Shown here: positions 1 to 9,622 of the stretch, one piece after another
How positions within the stretch are numbered: position 1 is the stretch's first letter
How the letters are laid out: the number at the start of each line of letters is the position of its first letter
Origin: a bacterium
GTDB lineage: Bacteria; JACPSX01
Direction: 5' to 3'
DNA: 32,253 nucleotides
Assembly: GCA_035288405.1 (NCBI GenBank)
Contig: DATEAK010000302.1
Location: forward strand, 1-32,253
Position numbers and translations under genes: made by a program
Notes under the pieces: generated by a model
Told to the model about the DNA's origin: nothing
The model's database searches: none
Seen by the model: only the letters and a program-made list of their open reading frames with translations

Positions 1-1961
1 TAGCCTCGCAAGTCCGACCCCGTCCCACCCATGTAAAAACGCTGGAAAATCGGCACGTCTTTTCTCCCGTAAGCCCGGACGTAGCCGATCCGGCTCCGCA
101 ACAGCAGGATGAGCCGCTTTCCCAGGGGAACATACCGGCCGTTGTCGGCAACGACCTTCACGAAGTCATTGTCACCGGCAAACGGTCCGCCGGCCATCTC
201 CAAGGAGAAGCGGTTGCGCCAGCCGGTAGTGGGGTTGAAAAAATCGTCCCGGGTATCCCGGCTGAGGTAGGGGGTGACGCTGCTGGTCGTGGAGCTTCCC
301 TCCAGATCCCTAATCGTTTGGGAGGCAGAGTCCAAAACGTCTCGAATACGGTCCCACTCGTAGCGGTACTCGGCCCCCCCTTGCCAGAATTCCCTAATGG
401 TTTTTCCGCCCCGCAGGACCACCCCTTTGCTGTCCAGAGTATAGGACTCGAATTCATTCATCCGATCAAAAAGGTCGAACCCGGCAGTGACACGACGGTC
501 AAGGAAATAAGGATCCGTAAACGAAAGAGTGTATTGGGTTAGTCTGGATCCCATTTCCAACGCAACAGAAGCTTGCCGACCGCTCCCGAAGAGATTGCGT
601 TCCGAGACGCTGGCCGTTCCAATGATATGGTCCACAGAGCTGTAGCCGGCCCCGAAGCTCACGGCTCCGGTGGAGCGTTCCTTGACAGCCACCTTGAGAT
701 CCACCAGATCCCCATCGGGACGCCGCTCGGTGCCGATCGTGGAACTCTCGAAGTATCCCAGGCGATTGAGGGCCTGGCGGCTCAGCTTCACCTTGGTACT
801 GTTAAACACCTCTCCTTCGTGGAGGCGGATCTCGCGACGGATGACCTTGTCCCGGGTCTTCGTGTTGCCGCTGATCAGGATCTTGCCGATGTATTGCTTG
901 CTACCCCGGTTCACGCTGATACCCATGTCGACCCGGTGAGCGGCATCGTCTACATTGGTCGTAGGGATTACATCCGCAGCGGCATACCCCTTTTCAGCAT
1001 AGAGATCGGTAATCCGCAGAATTCCTTCGCTCAGCTTCTGCCGGCTGAAGACTTCCCCCTCACGAACTTGCAGAGTGCCACGCAGCTGCTCGGCCGTATA
1101 AACATCATCCCCCGTGACATTCAAGTTCCCGATAATGTATTGAGGACCCTCCTGGACGGGAATAACGAGTTCCAGGCGCTTGGCAACCCGATCCACGTTG
1201 ATCTTGGGTTGCGCCACAACCACCTTAAGGAAGCCCCGGTTCTGGTAAAACGCATCGAGACGGGCTTGGTCCTGACGCAAAACTTCCGGATTGTATCCTC
1301 CCGAGCCGGTGATGAACGAGAAAAACCCCTTCTCGCTCGTCTCCATATCGTTTTTGAGCTCATACTCGGAGAAATAGCGGTTCCCCTCAAAGCGGATCCG
1401 CGAAATCTTGACTGCCTCTCCCTCGTCAATCACGAAGTCGATCCGCACTTGATTCGCTTCCAGGGAGATGACTTGGTGCGTGACCGCGGCAAAGAAGCGA
1501 CTTTTTTCCTGATAGAGGGAGAGGATCTTGTTATCGCTTTCCCGCAGCGCCGCCTCGTTGAGAATCGTGTTTACTTTGATGGCGAGGGCCTTCAAGATCT
1601 CGTCGGTGCCGAGTTCAGAATTTCCCGTCAGACGAATCTCGCGAATCCAGGGATTTTCTTCCAAGATATAGGTGAGCCTGAGTCCCCCTTCGAACGGTTC
1701 CGAATCCACCCGAATGTCTCTGAAAAAACCCAAGTCGTAGAGGCGCTTAATGTCCGTCTGGATTGAAGAAACGGAAAAAGAGTCCCCGACCTTCGTGGTC
1801 AAATAGAAACGGATCGTTGATTCTTCAACTCGGGCGTTCCCCCGAATGACGATGGCCCGAATCGACAGCGCAGGTTGTTCAGCCCCTTCGACCCGACCGA
1901 ATGAAAGCAAGAGCACTGCAGCACAGAGAAAGAACCAGCCCCACACCCGCCTTGCGCTCAT
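1..1961 (-). CDS. bamA: Outer membrane protein assembly factor BamA, N-terminal ~653 codons; 3' end lies beyond the left window edge
   Basis: Not in the ORF track because no stop codon falls inside the window. Reading the minus strand from ATG 1961-1959 gives MSARRVWGWFFLCAAVLLLSFGRVEGAEQP (signal peptide). POTRA-like modules follow (IRFEGNRYFSEYEL, ILISGNTKTRDKVIRREIRLHEGEVFN), then the start of the Omp85 barrel (ERSTGAVSFGAGYSSVDHIIG...SERNLFGSGR). The frame stays open to position 1. Plus-strand ORF 573-1766 is its antisense shadow. Confidence 0.85.
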   Translation of the reverse strand, partial: MSARRVWGWFFLCAAVLLLSFGRVEGAEQPALSIRAIVIRGNARVEESTIRFYLTTKVGDSFSVSSIQTDIKRLYDLGFFRDIRVDSEPFEGGLRLTYILEENPWIREIRLTGNSELGTDEILKALAIKVNTILNEAALRESDNKILSLYQEKSRFFAAVTHQVISLEANQVRIDFVIDEGEAVKISRIRFEGNRYFSEYELKNDMETSEKGFFSFITGSGGYNPEVLRQDQARLDAFYQNRGFLKVVVAQPKINVDRVAKRLELVIPVQEGPQYIIGNLNVTGDDVYTAEQLRGTLQVREGEVFSRQKLSEGILRITDLYAEKGYAAADVIPTTNVDDAAHRVDMGISVNRGSKQYIGKILISGNTKTRDKVIRREIRLHEGEVFNSTKVKLSRQALNRLGYFESSTIGTERRPDGDLVDLKVAVKERSTGAVSFGAGYSSVDHIIGTASVSERNLFGSGRQASVALEMGSRLTQYTLSFTDPYFLDRRVTAGFDLFDRMNEFESYTLDSKGVVLRGGKTIREFWQGGAEYRYEWDRIRDVLDSASQTIRDLEGSSTTSSVTPYLSRDTRDDFFNPTTGWRNRFSLEMAGGPFAGDNDFVKVVADNGRYVPLGKRLILLLRSRIGYVRAYGRKDVPIFQRFYMGGTGSDLRG

Positions 1962-2091
1962 GTTCTGGAAACCCTTCCCAATGGAGCAATGTGAGCGTGC
2001 AGTTCACGACCCCCTCCTGCCCCCCAGGGCAGCATCCGGCAACCGCAGGATACATATCTGAATCTGAAACGGTGGAAGATCAACTGGCGCT

Positions 2092-2138
2092 GAAAAGATT
2101 TCGAAACCGGGAGGGCCTGAAAATTTCTCCCTCCCGGG
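2092..2138 (-). terminator. Probable intrinsic terminator downstream of clpC
   Basis: Perfect 9-bp stem CCGGGAGGG (2107-2115) / CCCTCCCGG (2129-2137) with a 13-nt loop. On the minus strand it is followed by the T-rich run TTTCGAAATCTTTTC. It lies about 35 nt after the clpC stop at 2172. Confidence 0.5.
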
Positions 2139-2171
2139 CGAGAGCGGTGAGATTCTAAAGCCCAAGAGAAG

Positions 2172-4586
2172 CTAACCTTGCGCTTCTACAATCGTCAGTT
2201 CGTCGCCTTCCAAGATCACCCTGGCCTTCCCGCCGTTCTTGAATTTTCCTTGCAGCACCCCCAGGGATAGGGGGTCTTCGATGTGACGCTGAATCATCCG
2301 ACGCAGGGGCCGGGCGCCGTAGGCCGGGTCGTACCCTTTCTCCGCGATCCAAGCCTTGGCTTTCTCGTCCACCTCAATTGTGATATTCAACTCTACGATC
2401 TGCTTCTTGAGATCTTCGAGCATAATGTCCACGATCTGGAAAATATGCTCCCGTGTCAGATTATGGAAATAGACGACCTCGTCGACCCGGTTCAAGAATT
2501 CAGGGTTGAAGGTCCGTTTCAACTCGGCCCGGATTTCTCCCCGGATCTTGTCCACCGACGGCACATCGCCTTCCCTCTGGAAACCCAGGCTGCTGCTTCT
2601 TTCGATGGCCCGGGCGCTCAGATTCGAGGTCATGATCACCACGGTGTTCTTGAAATTGACCGCGCGGCCGAAATTGTCGGTCAGACGCCCATCATCCATG
2701 ATCTGAAGCAGGATGTGGAAGATATCCGGATGGGCCTTCTCGATTTCGTCCAGTAAAATCACCGAGTAAGGACGCCGCCGAACTTGTTCCGTGAGTTGTC
2801 CCCCTTCTTCATAACCCACGTAACCGGGAGGAGAGCCGGTCAGGCGGGAGGCGCTGAACCGCTCCATATATTCGGACATATCCAGGCGGATGAGAGAGGC
2901 CTTGTCCCCGAACATGAACTCGGCCAGGCAGCGGGCAAGTTCGGTTTTTCCGACTCCGGTCGGCCCCAGGAAGAGGAACGCTCCGATGGGCCGTCTCATG
3001 TTGCCCATGCCGGCCCGGGACCGTTGAATGGCCCGGGAGATCACGGAGATGGCATCATCCTGACCGACGATCCGCTTGCGGAGCTCTTCCTCCATGTTCA
3101 GCAAGCGGATTCCCTCTTCTCCCTCGATCTTGGACAGAGGGATGCCGGTCATACGCGATACCACATAGGCAATATCTTCTTCCGTGACCACGGGCTCATC
3201 GATTCCCAGGGACGCCTCCCACTGCTGCTTGACGACTTCGAACTGGCGGCGCATATCTTCCTCGCGGTCCCGAAGCTCCACGGCTCGCTCGAAATCCTGG
3301 TTCTCGATATAGCTCTTCTTCTCCCGCACCATCTCTTCGATTTTCCGCTGCAGTTCCCGGGCCTCCGCGGGCAAAGTCACCCGCTGCAACCGCACACGGG
3401 AACAGGCCTCATCGAGAACATCGATGGCCTTGTCAGGAAGAAACCGGTCGGACACATAGCGATCCGCAAGCTTGGCCGCCGCCACGATGGAACTCTGGGT
3501 AATTTTGGCCTTGTGGTGAACCTCATACTTATCCTTTAGGCCATGGATGATTTGGATGGTCTCGTCCACGCTGGGGGGAGCCACGATGATGGGCTGGAAC
3601 CTTCTCTCCAGAGCTCCATTCTTCTCGATGTACTTTCGGTACTCGTTCATGGTGGTGGCCCCGATACACTGGAACTCCCCGCGCGAGAGGGCCGGCTTGA
3701 GCATGTTGGAGGCGTCAATGGACCCCTCGGCCGCCCCAGCTCCCACCAGGGTGTGAAGCTCATCAATGAAGATGATGATGTTCTCCGCCTGACTGATCTC
3801 CTTCATGATGGACTTGAGGCGGGCCTCAAATTGTCCGCGATACTTGGTCCCGGCCACCATGGCACCCAAATCCAGGCACACCAGCCGCCGGTCATAGAGA
3901 ATTTGCGGGACTTCTTTATTGACGATCCTTTGGGCAAGGCCCTCCACAATCGCCGTCTTGCCCACTCCAGGCTCCCCAATCAGAACGGGATTGTTCTTGG
4001 TGCGCCGGCTCAGAATCTGAATCACCCGCTCGATTTCGGATTCTCGACCGATGACGGGATCCAGTTTCCCTTGGTAGGCCAGCTCTGTCAGATCTCGTCC
4101 GAACTCGTCCAGGGCAGGGGTCTTGGTTTTTTCTTTGGTTTGAGAGACCGGTTCCTGTAACAAGTTTAGTGTCAACTCCCTTGTTTCAATGAGGTGAACC
4201 CCCAGGTTGTTGAGCACCTTGGAAGCAACGCCTTCCTTCTCCTTGATTAGACCCAGGAGCAGGTGCTCCGTTCCAATGTAATTGTGGCCCATAAGCCGGG
4301 CTTCTTCGACCGCATATTCGAGAACCTTCTTGGCTCTCGGGGTAAAGGGGATATCCCCGACAATCGTCGTATTGACACTTTTGGGAAGATGTCTTTCGAT
4401 CTCCAGACGCACCTGTTTTACGTCGGCGCCGAGCTTTTGCATCACGGTGACGGCAATCCCGCCGCCATCCTTCAATATTCCCAGGAGGATATGTTCCGTT
4501 CCCAGGTATTCGTGCTGATAGCGCTCGGCTTCCTCTCGGGCGAGGATGATGACTTTCCTGGCTCTCTCTGTAAACCGCTTAAACAT
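2172..4586 (-). CDS. clpC: ATP-dependent Clp protease ATP-binding subunit ClpC (class I Clp/Hsp100 with two AAA+ modules)
   Basis: Has the ClpC-type N terminus [38 protein letters not shown]. Walker A motifs GEPGVGKT and GPTGVGKT are both present. A short UVR-like middle segment ([22 protein letters not shown]) sits between them. I chose ATG 4586 because GGGGGA lies about 9 nt upstream; the track start at 4616 adds 10 unlikely residues. Confidence 0.9.
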   Translation of the reverse strand: MFKRFTERARKVIILAREEAERYQHEYLGTEHILLGILKDGGGIAVTVMQKLGADVKQVRLEIERHLPKSVNTTIVGDIPFTPRAKKVLEYAVEEARLMGHNYIGTEHLLLGLIKEKEGVASKVLNNLGVHLIETRELTLNLLQEPVSQTKEKTKTPALDEFGRDLTELAYQGKLDPVIGRESEIERVIQILSRRTKNNPVLIGEPGVGKTAIVEGLAQRIVNKEVPQILYDRRLVCLDLGAMVAGTKYRGQFEARLKSIMKEISQAENIIIFIDELHTLVGAGAAEGSIDASNMLKPALSRGEFQCIGATTMNEYRKYIEKNGALERRFQPIIVAPPSVDETIQIIHGLKDKYEVHHKAKITQSSIVAAAKLADRYVSDRFLPDKAIDVLDEACSRVRLQRVTLPAEARELQRKIEEMVREKKSYIENQDFERAVELRDREEDMRRQFEVVKQQWEASLGIDEPVVTEEDIAYVVSRMTGIPLSKIEGEEGIRLLNMEEELRKRIVGQDDAISVISRAIQRSRAGMGNMRRPIGAFLFLGPTGVGKTELARCLAEFMFGDKASLIRLDMSEYMERFSASRLTGSPPGYVGYEEGGQLTEQVRRRPYSVILLDEIEKAHPDIFHILLQIMDDGRLTDNFGRAVNFKNTVVIMTSNLSARAIERSSSLGFQREGDVPSVDKIRGEIRAELKRTFNPEFLNRVDEVVYFHNLTREHIFQIVDIMLEDLKKQIVELNITIEVDEKAKAWIAEKGYDPAYGARPLRRMIQRHIEDPLSLGVLQGKFKNGGKARVILEGDELTIVEAQG

Positions 4587-4630
4587 GCAAAACATTCCCC
4601 CCTGCCTCGGTTGCAACCTTCTAAATCCGG

Positions 4631-4639
4631 ATTATAGCA
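4631..4639 (-). promoter_or_regulatory. Extended -10 promoter element (TGcTATAAT) for clpC
   Basis: The minus strand reads gaTGcTATAATccgg, about 45 nt upstream of the clpC ATG. There is no good -35 at 17 bp (CTCCCC), which fits an extended -10 type promoter. Confidence 0.45.
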
Positions 4640-4693
4640 TCGCTTACAGTTTTGGGGAGGCCCTTTTTTGTTTATCGCTATCCTGCTGGTTTG

Positions 4694-5428
4694 TCAAGCC
4701 TTTTCCTGTCCCACGGGAGTCGATACCGATCCCGAGATTCCCCGAACGGTCTGGACCCGGCCGTCGCTGAGCCGCACCACCCGATCCATAAGAGCGGCCA
4801 GCTCCTCGTTATGGGTCACAATCACGAAGGTTGTCCCCTTCTGCCGGTTGATTTCCCGGAGAAGATGGTGAATCGCCCTTCCGGTGGGTCCGTCCAGGTT
4901 TCCCGTCGGCTCATCGGCCAGCACGACATCGGGATCCGTAACCAGGGCCCGAGCCATCGCTACCCTTTGCTGCTCCCCACCCGAGAGTTCAGCGGGCTTG
5001 TGCTCCAGTCGCTCCTGAAGTCCTACCTCCGCCAGCAGTCGGCTGGCTTTCTCTGCAGCCGCAGCCGGAGATTCTCTACCAATGAGCAGGGGCATCATGA
5101 CGTTTTCGAGCGCGGTAAATTCCGGCAACAGGTAGTGAAACTGAAAAACGAACCCGATCTTACGGTTTCGGAAAGCCGCCTTGGCCCCGTTCCCGAGACG
5201 AAAGAGATTCACATCTCCGTAGGAGACGGTTCCGCTCGTGGGACTCTCCAATCCGCCAAGGATCTGCAATAGGGTACTCTTCCCCACGCCGGACACCCCC
5301 ACGATCCCCAGCATTTCCCCCGCGTAAACTTCCAGATCAAGCCCTCGTAGAACGTGAATCTCCTGGCGTCCTGCGGGAAAAGACTTGTGGAGCTCTCGGA
5401 CGGAAATGAGGGCGTCCTGTTTACTCAT
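4694..5428 (-). CDS. lolD: Lipoprotein-releasing system ATP-binding protein LolD (ABC ATPase)
   Basis: Walker [13 protein letters not shown] signature [15 protein letters not shown] and Walker [13 protein letters not shown] are present. The gene sits immediately downstream of a LolC/E-type permease and overlaps its stop by 8 nt. Confidence 0.85.
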   Translation of the reverse strand: MSKQDALISVRELHKSFPAGRQEIHVLRGLDLEVYAGEMLGIVGVSGVGKSTLLQILGGLESPTSGTVSYGDVNLFRLGNGAKAAFRNRKIGFVFQFHYLLPEFTALENVMMPLLIGRESPAAAAEKASRLLAEVGLQERLEHKPAELSGGEQQRVAMARALVTDPDVVLADEPTGNLDGPTGRAIHHLLREINRQKGTTFVIVTHNEELAALMDRVVRLSDGRVQTVRGISGSVSTPVGQEKA

Positions 5429-6707
5429 AACGGAGAGCCTCGACGGGATCGAGACGGGAAGCCCGCCACGCCGGATACACCGTAGCCAGGAGGCTTATGA
5501 CCACCGAAGTAATGGCGATGAGTCCGACGTCAAAGGGGATGATCCGCACCGGAAACTTGTCCAGGAAGTAAATGCTGCGGGGGAAGAGATCGAGATTGAG
5601 ATGGAAGAGATTGTTTAGAGTATTTTGCAGGAAGATCACGATCTCGTTGAGAAACGAGGCGATGAGCAGGCCGCCGCCGAAGCCCGCCAGTGTGCCCACG
5701 ACACCCACCGCGGCTCCTTCAATCAGAAAAATGGTAAGGATGCTGTGATTGGGAGCCCCCATGGTTTTGAGGATCGCAATATCTTTGCCCTTCTCCATGA
5801 CCACCATGGTCAGGGTGCTCACAATGTTAAAGGCCGCTACGAGCACGATGAGAACCAGGATGACAAACATGGTGATCTTCTCCAGTTTCAGGGCCGAAAA
5901 CAGGCTTCGGTACATGCGCTTCCAGTCCAAGGTCAAGAAGGGGAAACCCAGCGCATCCTGGATCTGGGCCGCGACTCGATCGGAGAGATCAATGTTGTCC
6001 AACCGGACCTCCACACCGCTGACTCCCGTCCCCAAACCGAAAAACCTCTGGGCCGCACCCAGGGAGATGTAGGCCAGGCTGCTGTCGTAGTCATACATCC
6101 CCGTATCGAAGATTCCAGCAACCTGGAAATTGCGGATCCGGGGAACGACGCCCATCGGCGACATGGCTCCGAAAGGAGAAACGATGGAGACTTTTTCTCC
6201 CAAAGAGACGCCGAGGTTGCGCACCAGTTCCCGGCCCAGGATGATCCCATCCGCATCCGTTCCTCCGGTCCGATCTTTCAGCTTCTCCAGACTCCCTTCT
6301 TTTAAGCTGCGCGCCAGGGAGGTCACCCCTCCTTCCCGATTGGGGTCGATTCCCCGCACCACCGCACCGGCTACGGAACTCTGCGAAGTCAGCATGACCT
6401 GGCTCAAAACGAAGGGAGAGGCCGTCTGCACGTGGGGGATCTGACGGACCCGTGAAATCACGCGCTCATAGTCCTGCATCGGGGTGTTTCCAAGCTTCTG
6501 AATGATCACATGGGACTGGTTACCCACGATCTTGTCGCGCAGGTTCTCGTCAAACCCTGTCATGACCGAGATCACCACGACCAGAGCCATGACGCCTACC
6601 GCGATGCCGGCAATTGAAATGACGGTGATGAGGGAGATGAAACGGTTCTTGCGCTTGGCTCTCAGGTAGCGCAATCCGACTTTGAGCTCAAAGGGCACGA
6701 GACTCAC
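5421..6707 (-). CDS. lolC: Lipoprotein-releasing system transmembrane permease, LolC/LolE family (MacB-FtsX fold)
   Basis: N terminus ...KVGLRYLRAKRKNRFISLITVISIAGIAVGVMALVVV, a large periplasmic domain and a C-terminal FtsX-type helix bundle ending ...[18 protein letters not shown]. The start at 6707 is GTG and overlaps the lysS stop (GTGA). GTG 6698 is an alternative with better spacing to GGAGGGG. Confidence 0.85.
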   Translation of the reverse strand: MSLVPFELKVGLRYLRAKRKNRFISLITVISIAGIAVGVMALVVVISVMTGFDENLRDKIVGNQSHVIIQKLGNTPMQDYERVISRVRQIPHVQTASPFVLSQVMLTSQSSVAGAVVRGIDPNREGGVTSLARSLKEGSLEKLKDRTGGTDADGIILGRELVRNLGVSLGEKVSIVSPFGAMSPMGVVPRIRNFQVAGIFDTGMYDYDSSLAYISLGAAQRFFGLGTGVSGVEVRLDNIDLSDRVAAQIQDALGFPFLTLDWKRMYRSLFSALKLEKITMFVILVLIVLVAAFNIVSTLTMVVMEKGKDIAILKTMGAPNHSILTIFLIEGAAVGVVGTLAGFGGGLLIASFLNEIVIFLQNTLNNLFHLNLDLFPRSIYFLDKFPVRIIPFDVGLIAITSVVISLLATVYPAWRASRLDPVEALRYE

Positions 6708-8194
6708 CCCTCCGTTTCGGGTCGCAAGAGCGGGAAGAGGATCACGTCCCGGATCGAGGGACTGTTGGTCAAGAACATAACGAGCCGGTCAATTCCGATC
6801 CCGACACCGGCCGTAGGCGGCATACCGTATTCCAGAGCCCGCAGGTAATCCTCGTCCATGGCATGGGCCTCGGCGTCTCCGGCTTCTTTCCGCCTGACCT
6901 GCTCGAGGAAGCGCTGGCGTTGATCGATGGGATCGTTGAGCTCCGTGTACGCATTTCCCACTTCCATGCCCGCCATGAAGAGCTCAAATCGTTCCACAAG
7001 CTGAGGGTTGTCTTCTTTCTTCTTGGCCAGGGGAGACACATCCAAGGGGTAGTCGCAGATAAAAATAGGATCCTGGAGGCGGGGTTCCACGACCAGCTCG
7101 AACAGCTTACCGAGCATCTTCCCCGCACTTTGCAGATCATGGGGAGCGGCACCCCGGGAGTGCAGAAGGCCCCGCAAAGCCCCTTCTTCCTGGAGAACGG
7201 AGTCAGGGACTCCGCCAATCTCTTTGAGCGCTCCCAGAAAGGTGGCCCGCTTCCATGGCCGGGTCAGATTGATGGAGGCCCCTTGATAGTCAAACTGCAA
7301 CCCGCCGCAGGCTTGCTGGGCGGAAGCGGTGATGAGCTCCTCCACGAAATCCATCATCTCTTTGTAATCGGAGTAGGCGGTGTAAAATTCCAGCATGGTA
7401 AATTCCGGGTTGTGCTGGCTATCGATCCCCTCATTGCGAAAATTGCGATTGATCTCGAAGACCCGATCGTAGCCCCCGACCACCAGGCGCTTCAAATAAA
7501 GCTCCGGAGCGATGCGCAGGAAGAGCTCCATACTCAAAGCATTGTGACGGGTGATGAAGGGGCGTGCCGCTGCTCCTCCCGCGATGGTCTGCATCATCGG
7601 GGTCTCGACTTCCAGGTAGCCACGGGAGATGAGGAACTCGCGGATCTTCTGGACGATCGCACTGCGCCGCTGAAAGACCTCACGCACCTGGGGATTCACG
7701 ATCAAATCCACGTAGCGCTGCCGATAACGGATCTCTACGTCCTTGAGTCCGTGCCACTTCTCCGGCAAAGGCCGCAGAGACTTGCTGAGGAGGGTAACCT
7801 CCTGAGCCGCCAGGGTTAATTCCCCTGTCCGGGTCCGGAAGGGTTTCCCCCGCACCCCGATGAAATCACCAATATCGAGAGTCTTCGTAAGATTCCGGTA
7901 ATTTTCCTCTCCGAGCACATCCAGGCGGAGATAGATCTGAATGGCGGCGCTTCCGTCCCGGATATGGCAAAAGGAGCTGCGTCCGTGACTCCGGAAGGAC
8001 ATGATGCGGCCGGCCACGACACACTCGGCGGAAAATTGCTCGAGCTCTTCGGCGTTCAGGGCGGTCACCTGCTCGACCAGATCGGAGATGGTGGAGGTGG
8101 TTTTAAACCGGTTCACATAGGCGGGGATCCCTTGGGATCGCAGGTCCTCCAATTTATTCAGACGCTGCTTCATCAGATCACTGAGTTCATCCAC
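6704..8194 (-). CDS. lysS: Lysine--tRNA ligase, class II
   Basis: 496 aa with an N-terminal OB anticodon-binding region and a class II catalytic core (FRNEGIDSQHNPEFTMLEFY, GIGIDRLVMFLT). The start is GTG 8194, preceded by GGGGAG at a 6-nt spacing. Confidence 0.93.
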   Translation of the reverse strand: MDELSDLMKQRLNKLEDLRSQGIPAYVNRFKTTSTISDLVEQVTALNAEELEQFSAECVVAGRIMSFRSHGRSSFCHIRDGSAAIQIYLRLDVLGEENYRNLTKTLDIGDFIGVRGKPFRTRTGELTLAAQEVTLLSKSLRPLPEKWHGLKDVEIRYRQRYVDLIVNPQVREVFQRRSAIVQKIREFLISRGYLEVETPMMQTIAGGAAARPFITRHNALSMELFLRIAPELYLKRLVVGGYDRVFEINRNFRNEGIDSQHNPEFTMLEFYTAYSDYKEMMDFVEELITASAQQACGGLQFDYQGASINLTRPWKRATFLGALKEIGGVPDSVLQEEGALRGLLHSRGAAPHDLQSAGKMLGKLFELVVEPRLQDPIFICDYPLDVSPLAKKKEDNPQLVERFELFMAGMEVGNAYTELNDPIDQRQRFLEQVRRKEAGDAEAHAMDEDYLRALEYGMPPTAGVGIGIDRLVMFLTNSPSIRDVILFPLLRPETEG

Positions 8195-8258
8195 GGTCCG
8201 CTCCCCTGCTTTTCAATCCTCGTCCGTCTCCAGTGCATGGCCCCATAAGTCCCTCAGG

Positions 8259-8287
8259 ACTATAACGGCTGATCTCGGTCGGGTCAA
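8259..8287 (-). promoter_or_regulatory. Sigma70-like promoter for lysS (TTGACC-17-TATAGT)
   Basis: The minus strand reads gtcTTGACCcgaccgagatcagccgtTATAGTcct. The -35 is at 8282-8287 and the -10 at 8259-8264, with an exact 17-bp spacer. It lies about 65 nt upstream of the lysS GTG. Confidence 0.5.
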
Positions 8288-8303
8288 GACAAATGGCCTG
8301 AAA

Positions 8304-9423
8304 CTAAAGGGAAACATCGGTTGCAGGGTATTGGCGGCTGAGCAGGTACGCTTCAATGAAGAGGTCCAGAGCTCCGTCCAGGACGGCATCGACATTTCCG
8401 ACTTCCACCTGGGTGCGGTGGTCCTTCACCAGCCGGTAAGGGTGGAGCGTGTAAGACCGAATCTGGCTGCCGAAGCCGATTTCCTTCTTGCCCGAGTTGA
8501 TCTCCTCCCTTTTTTCCTGGCGCTTCTGCTTTTCCAGCTCGTAGAGGCGGGCCTTCAGCACCTTGAGAGCAAAGGACCGATTCTTGTGTTGAGAGCGCTC
8601 ATTTTGCGACTGCACCACGATCCCCGTGGGAAGATGAGTAATGCGCACCGCGGAATCGGTCACATTGACGTGCTGCCCCCCGGCACCGCTGGAGCGGAAG
8701 GTGTCGATCCGCAAGTCGGCCTCATTCACGTCGATTTTGATCTCATCCTCGACGTCCGGATAGACAAAAACGGAAGCAAAGGAAGTGTGCCGCCGGTGAT
8801 TGGCGTCGAATGGGGAAATGCGCACCAGACGGTGAACACCGATTTCCGCTTTCAGGTACCCGTAGGCATTTTCCCCGCTCACCGTCAAGGTGGCCGACTT
8901 AATCCCCGCTTCCTCCCCCGGCTGCCAGTCCAACACCTGCGGGCGACAGCCGTGCCGTTCCGCCCAACGTACGTACATACGCGCCAGCATCTGGGCCCAG
9001 TCCTGAGACTCCGTGCCGCCCGCCCCCGAGTGGATCATCATGATGGCGTCGCAATGATCGTTCTCCTCATGGAGGAGGGTCTCTATCTCAAACCGGGTCA
9101 CGGATTCCATGAGGGGGGAAAGCTGCTGATCGACTTCTTCCAGTAAAGCGGTCTCCCCTTCGCTCTCCATGAGGTCGACAAGCTCCCTCAGGTGATCCGA
9201 GTCCTCTTTCAAACGCTCCCAGCGTTCCACGATTTTCTGCAAGCGTGACCTTTCCCTGAGAACTCCCTTGGCTTTCTCCGGATCACTCCATAATTCCCCT
9301 CCAGCCGTCTGTTCCTCGACAGCCTGCAATTGAGCTTTCAAGCGGTCGAAGTCAAAGTCTCCTCCGCAGCCCGTCCAGGCGGGCGTGGAGGTTATTGAGT
9401 TCGGTTTTTGTTTCTTCCAGCAT
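8304..9423 (-). CDS. prfB: Peptide chain release factor 2, expressed via programmed +1 ribosomal frameshift
   Basis: The main frame has the RF2 hallmarks SPF (RISPFD) and GGQ (SSGAGGQHVN). The true N terminus, MLEETKTELNNLHARLDGLRRRL, starts at ATG 9423 in frame 0 and runs into TGA at 9354-9352. The +1 frame then continues DFDRLKAQLQAVEEQ. The first ~34 residues of track ORF 8304-9461 are an out-of-frame artefact. Confidence 0.93.
9351..9365 (-). promoter_or_regulatory. RF2 autoregulatory +1 frameshift site (internal SD-like GGAGG, 3-nt spacer, CTT TGA C)
   Basis: The minus strand reads GGAGG AGA CTT TGA C. CTT is at 9357-9355, TGA at 9354-9352 and the C at 9351. This has the same architecture as E. 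coli AGGGGG TAT CTT TGA C. Confidence 0.88.
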
Positions 9424-9473
9424 GAATCCTTTTCTCCTTCCGAAATTCGATTCTCTCGCAAATCCCCTTTTAC

Positions 9474-9502
9474 ATTATAAGCGATATCCCGTTGGCTTCC
9501 AG
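9474..9502 (-). promoter_or_regulatory. Possible prfB promoter (perfect TATAAT, weak -35 CTGGAA)
   Basis: The minus strand reads gCTGGAAgccaacgggatatcgctTATAATgta. The -10 is at 9474-9479, with a 17-bp spacer to a 3/6 -35. It lies about 50 nt upstream of the ATG at 9423. Confidence 0.35.
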
Positions 9503-9622
9503 CATCGAGGAAATCTGTAGGGACCCCAGGGGCAACTCACTCGCGGCGCATCGCCGGGAAGGGGAAAAACCACCCCTCCCCTCGCAGGCGGACCGCCGCA
9601 CCCATCCGCCTGGCAAGGCTCT

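Noticed and set aside
573-1766. 397-aa plus-strand ORF, with smaller ORFs at 318-542, 670-939 and 1121-1429
   Set aside because: It lies antisense to a clear BamA reading frame. The translated sequence is low-complexity, with no recognisable motifs, RBS or promoter. Long antisense ORFs are expected in GC-rich coding DNA.
6863-7819. 318-aa plus-strand ORF inside lysS. The same applies to 2283-2756, 2784-3539 and 3543-4160 in clpC, 5625-6305 in lolC and 8331-9146 in prfB.
   Set aside because: All are mirror-frame shadows of strongly supported minus-strand housekeeping genes. Their compositions are R/G/P/H-rich and no conserved motifs are recognisable.
8195-8303. T-box or lysine riboswitch upstream of lysS
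   Set aside because: The spacer is only about 110 nt and is largely occupied by a promoter and SD. That is too short for either element, and no specifier or L-box features are visible.
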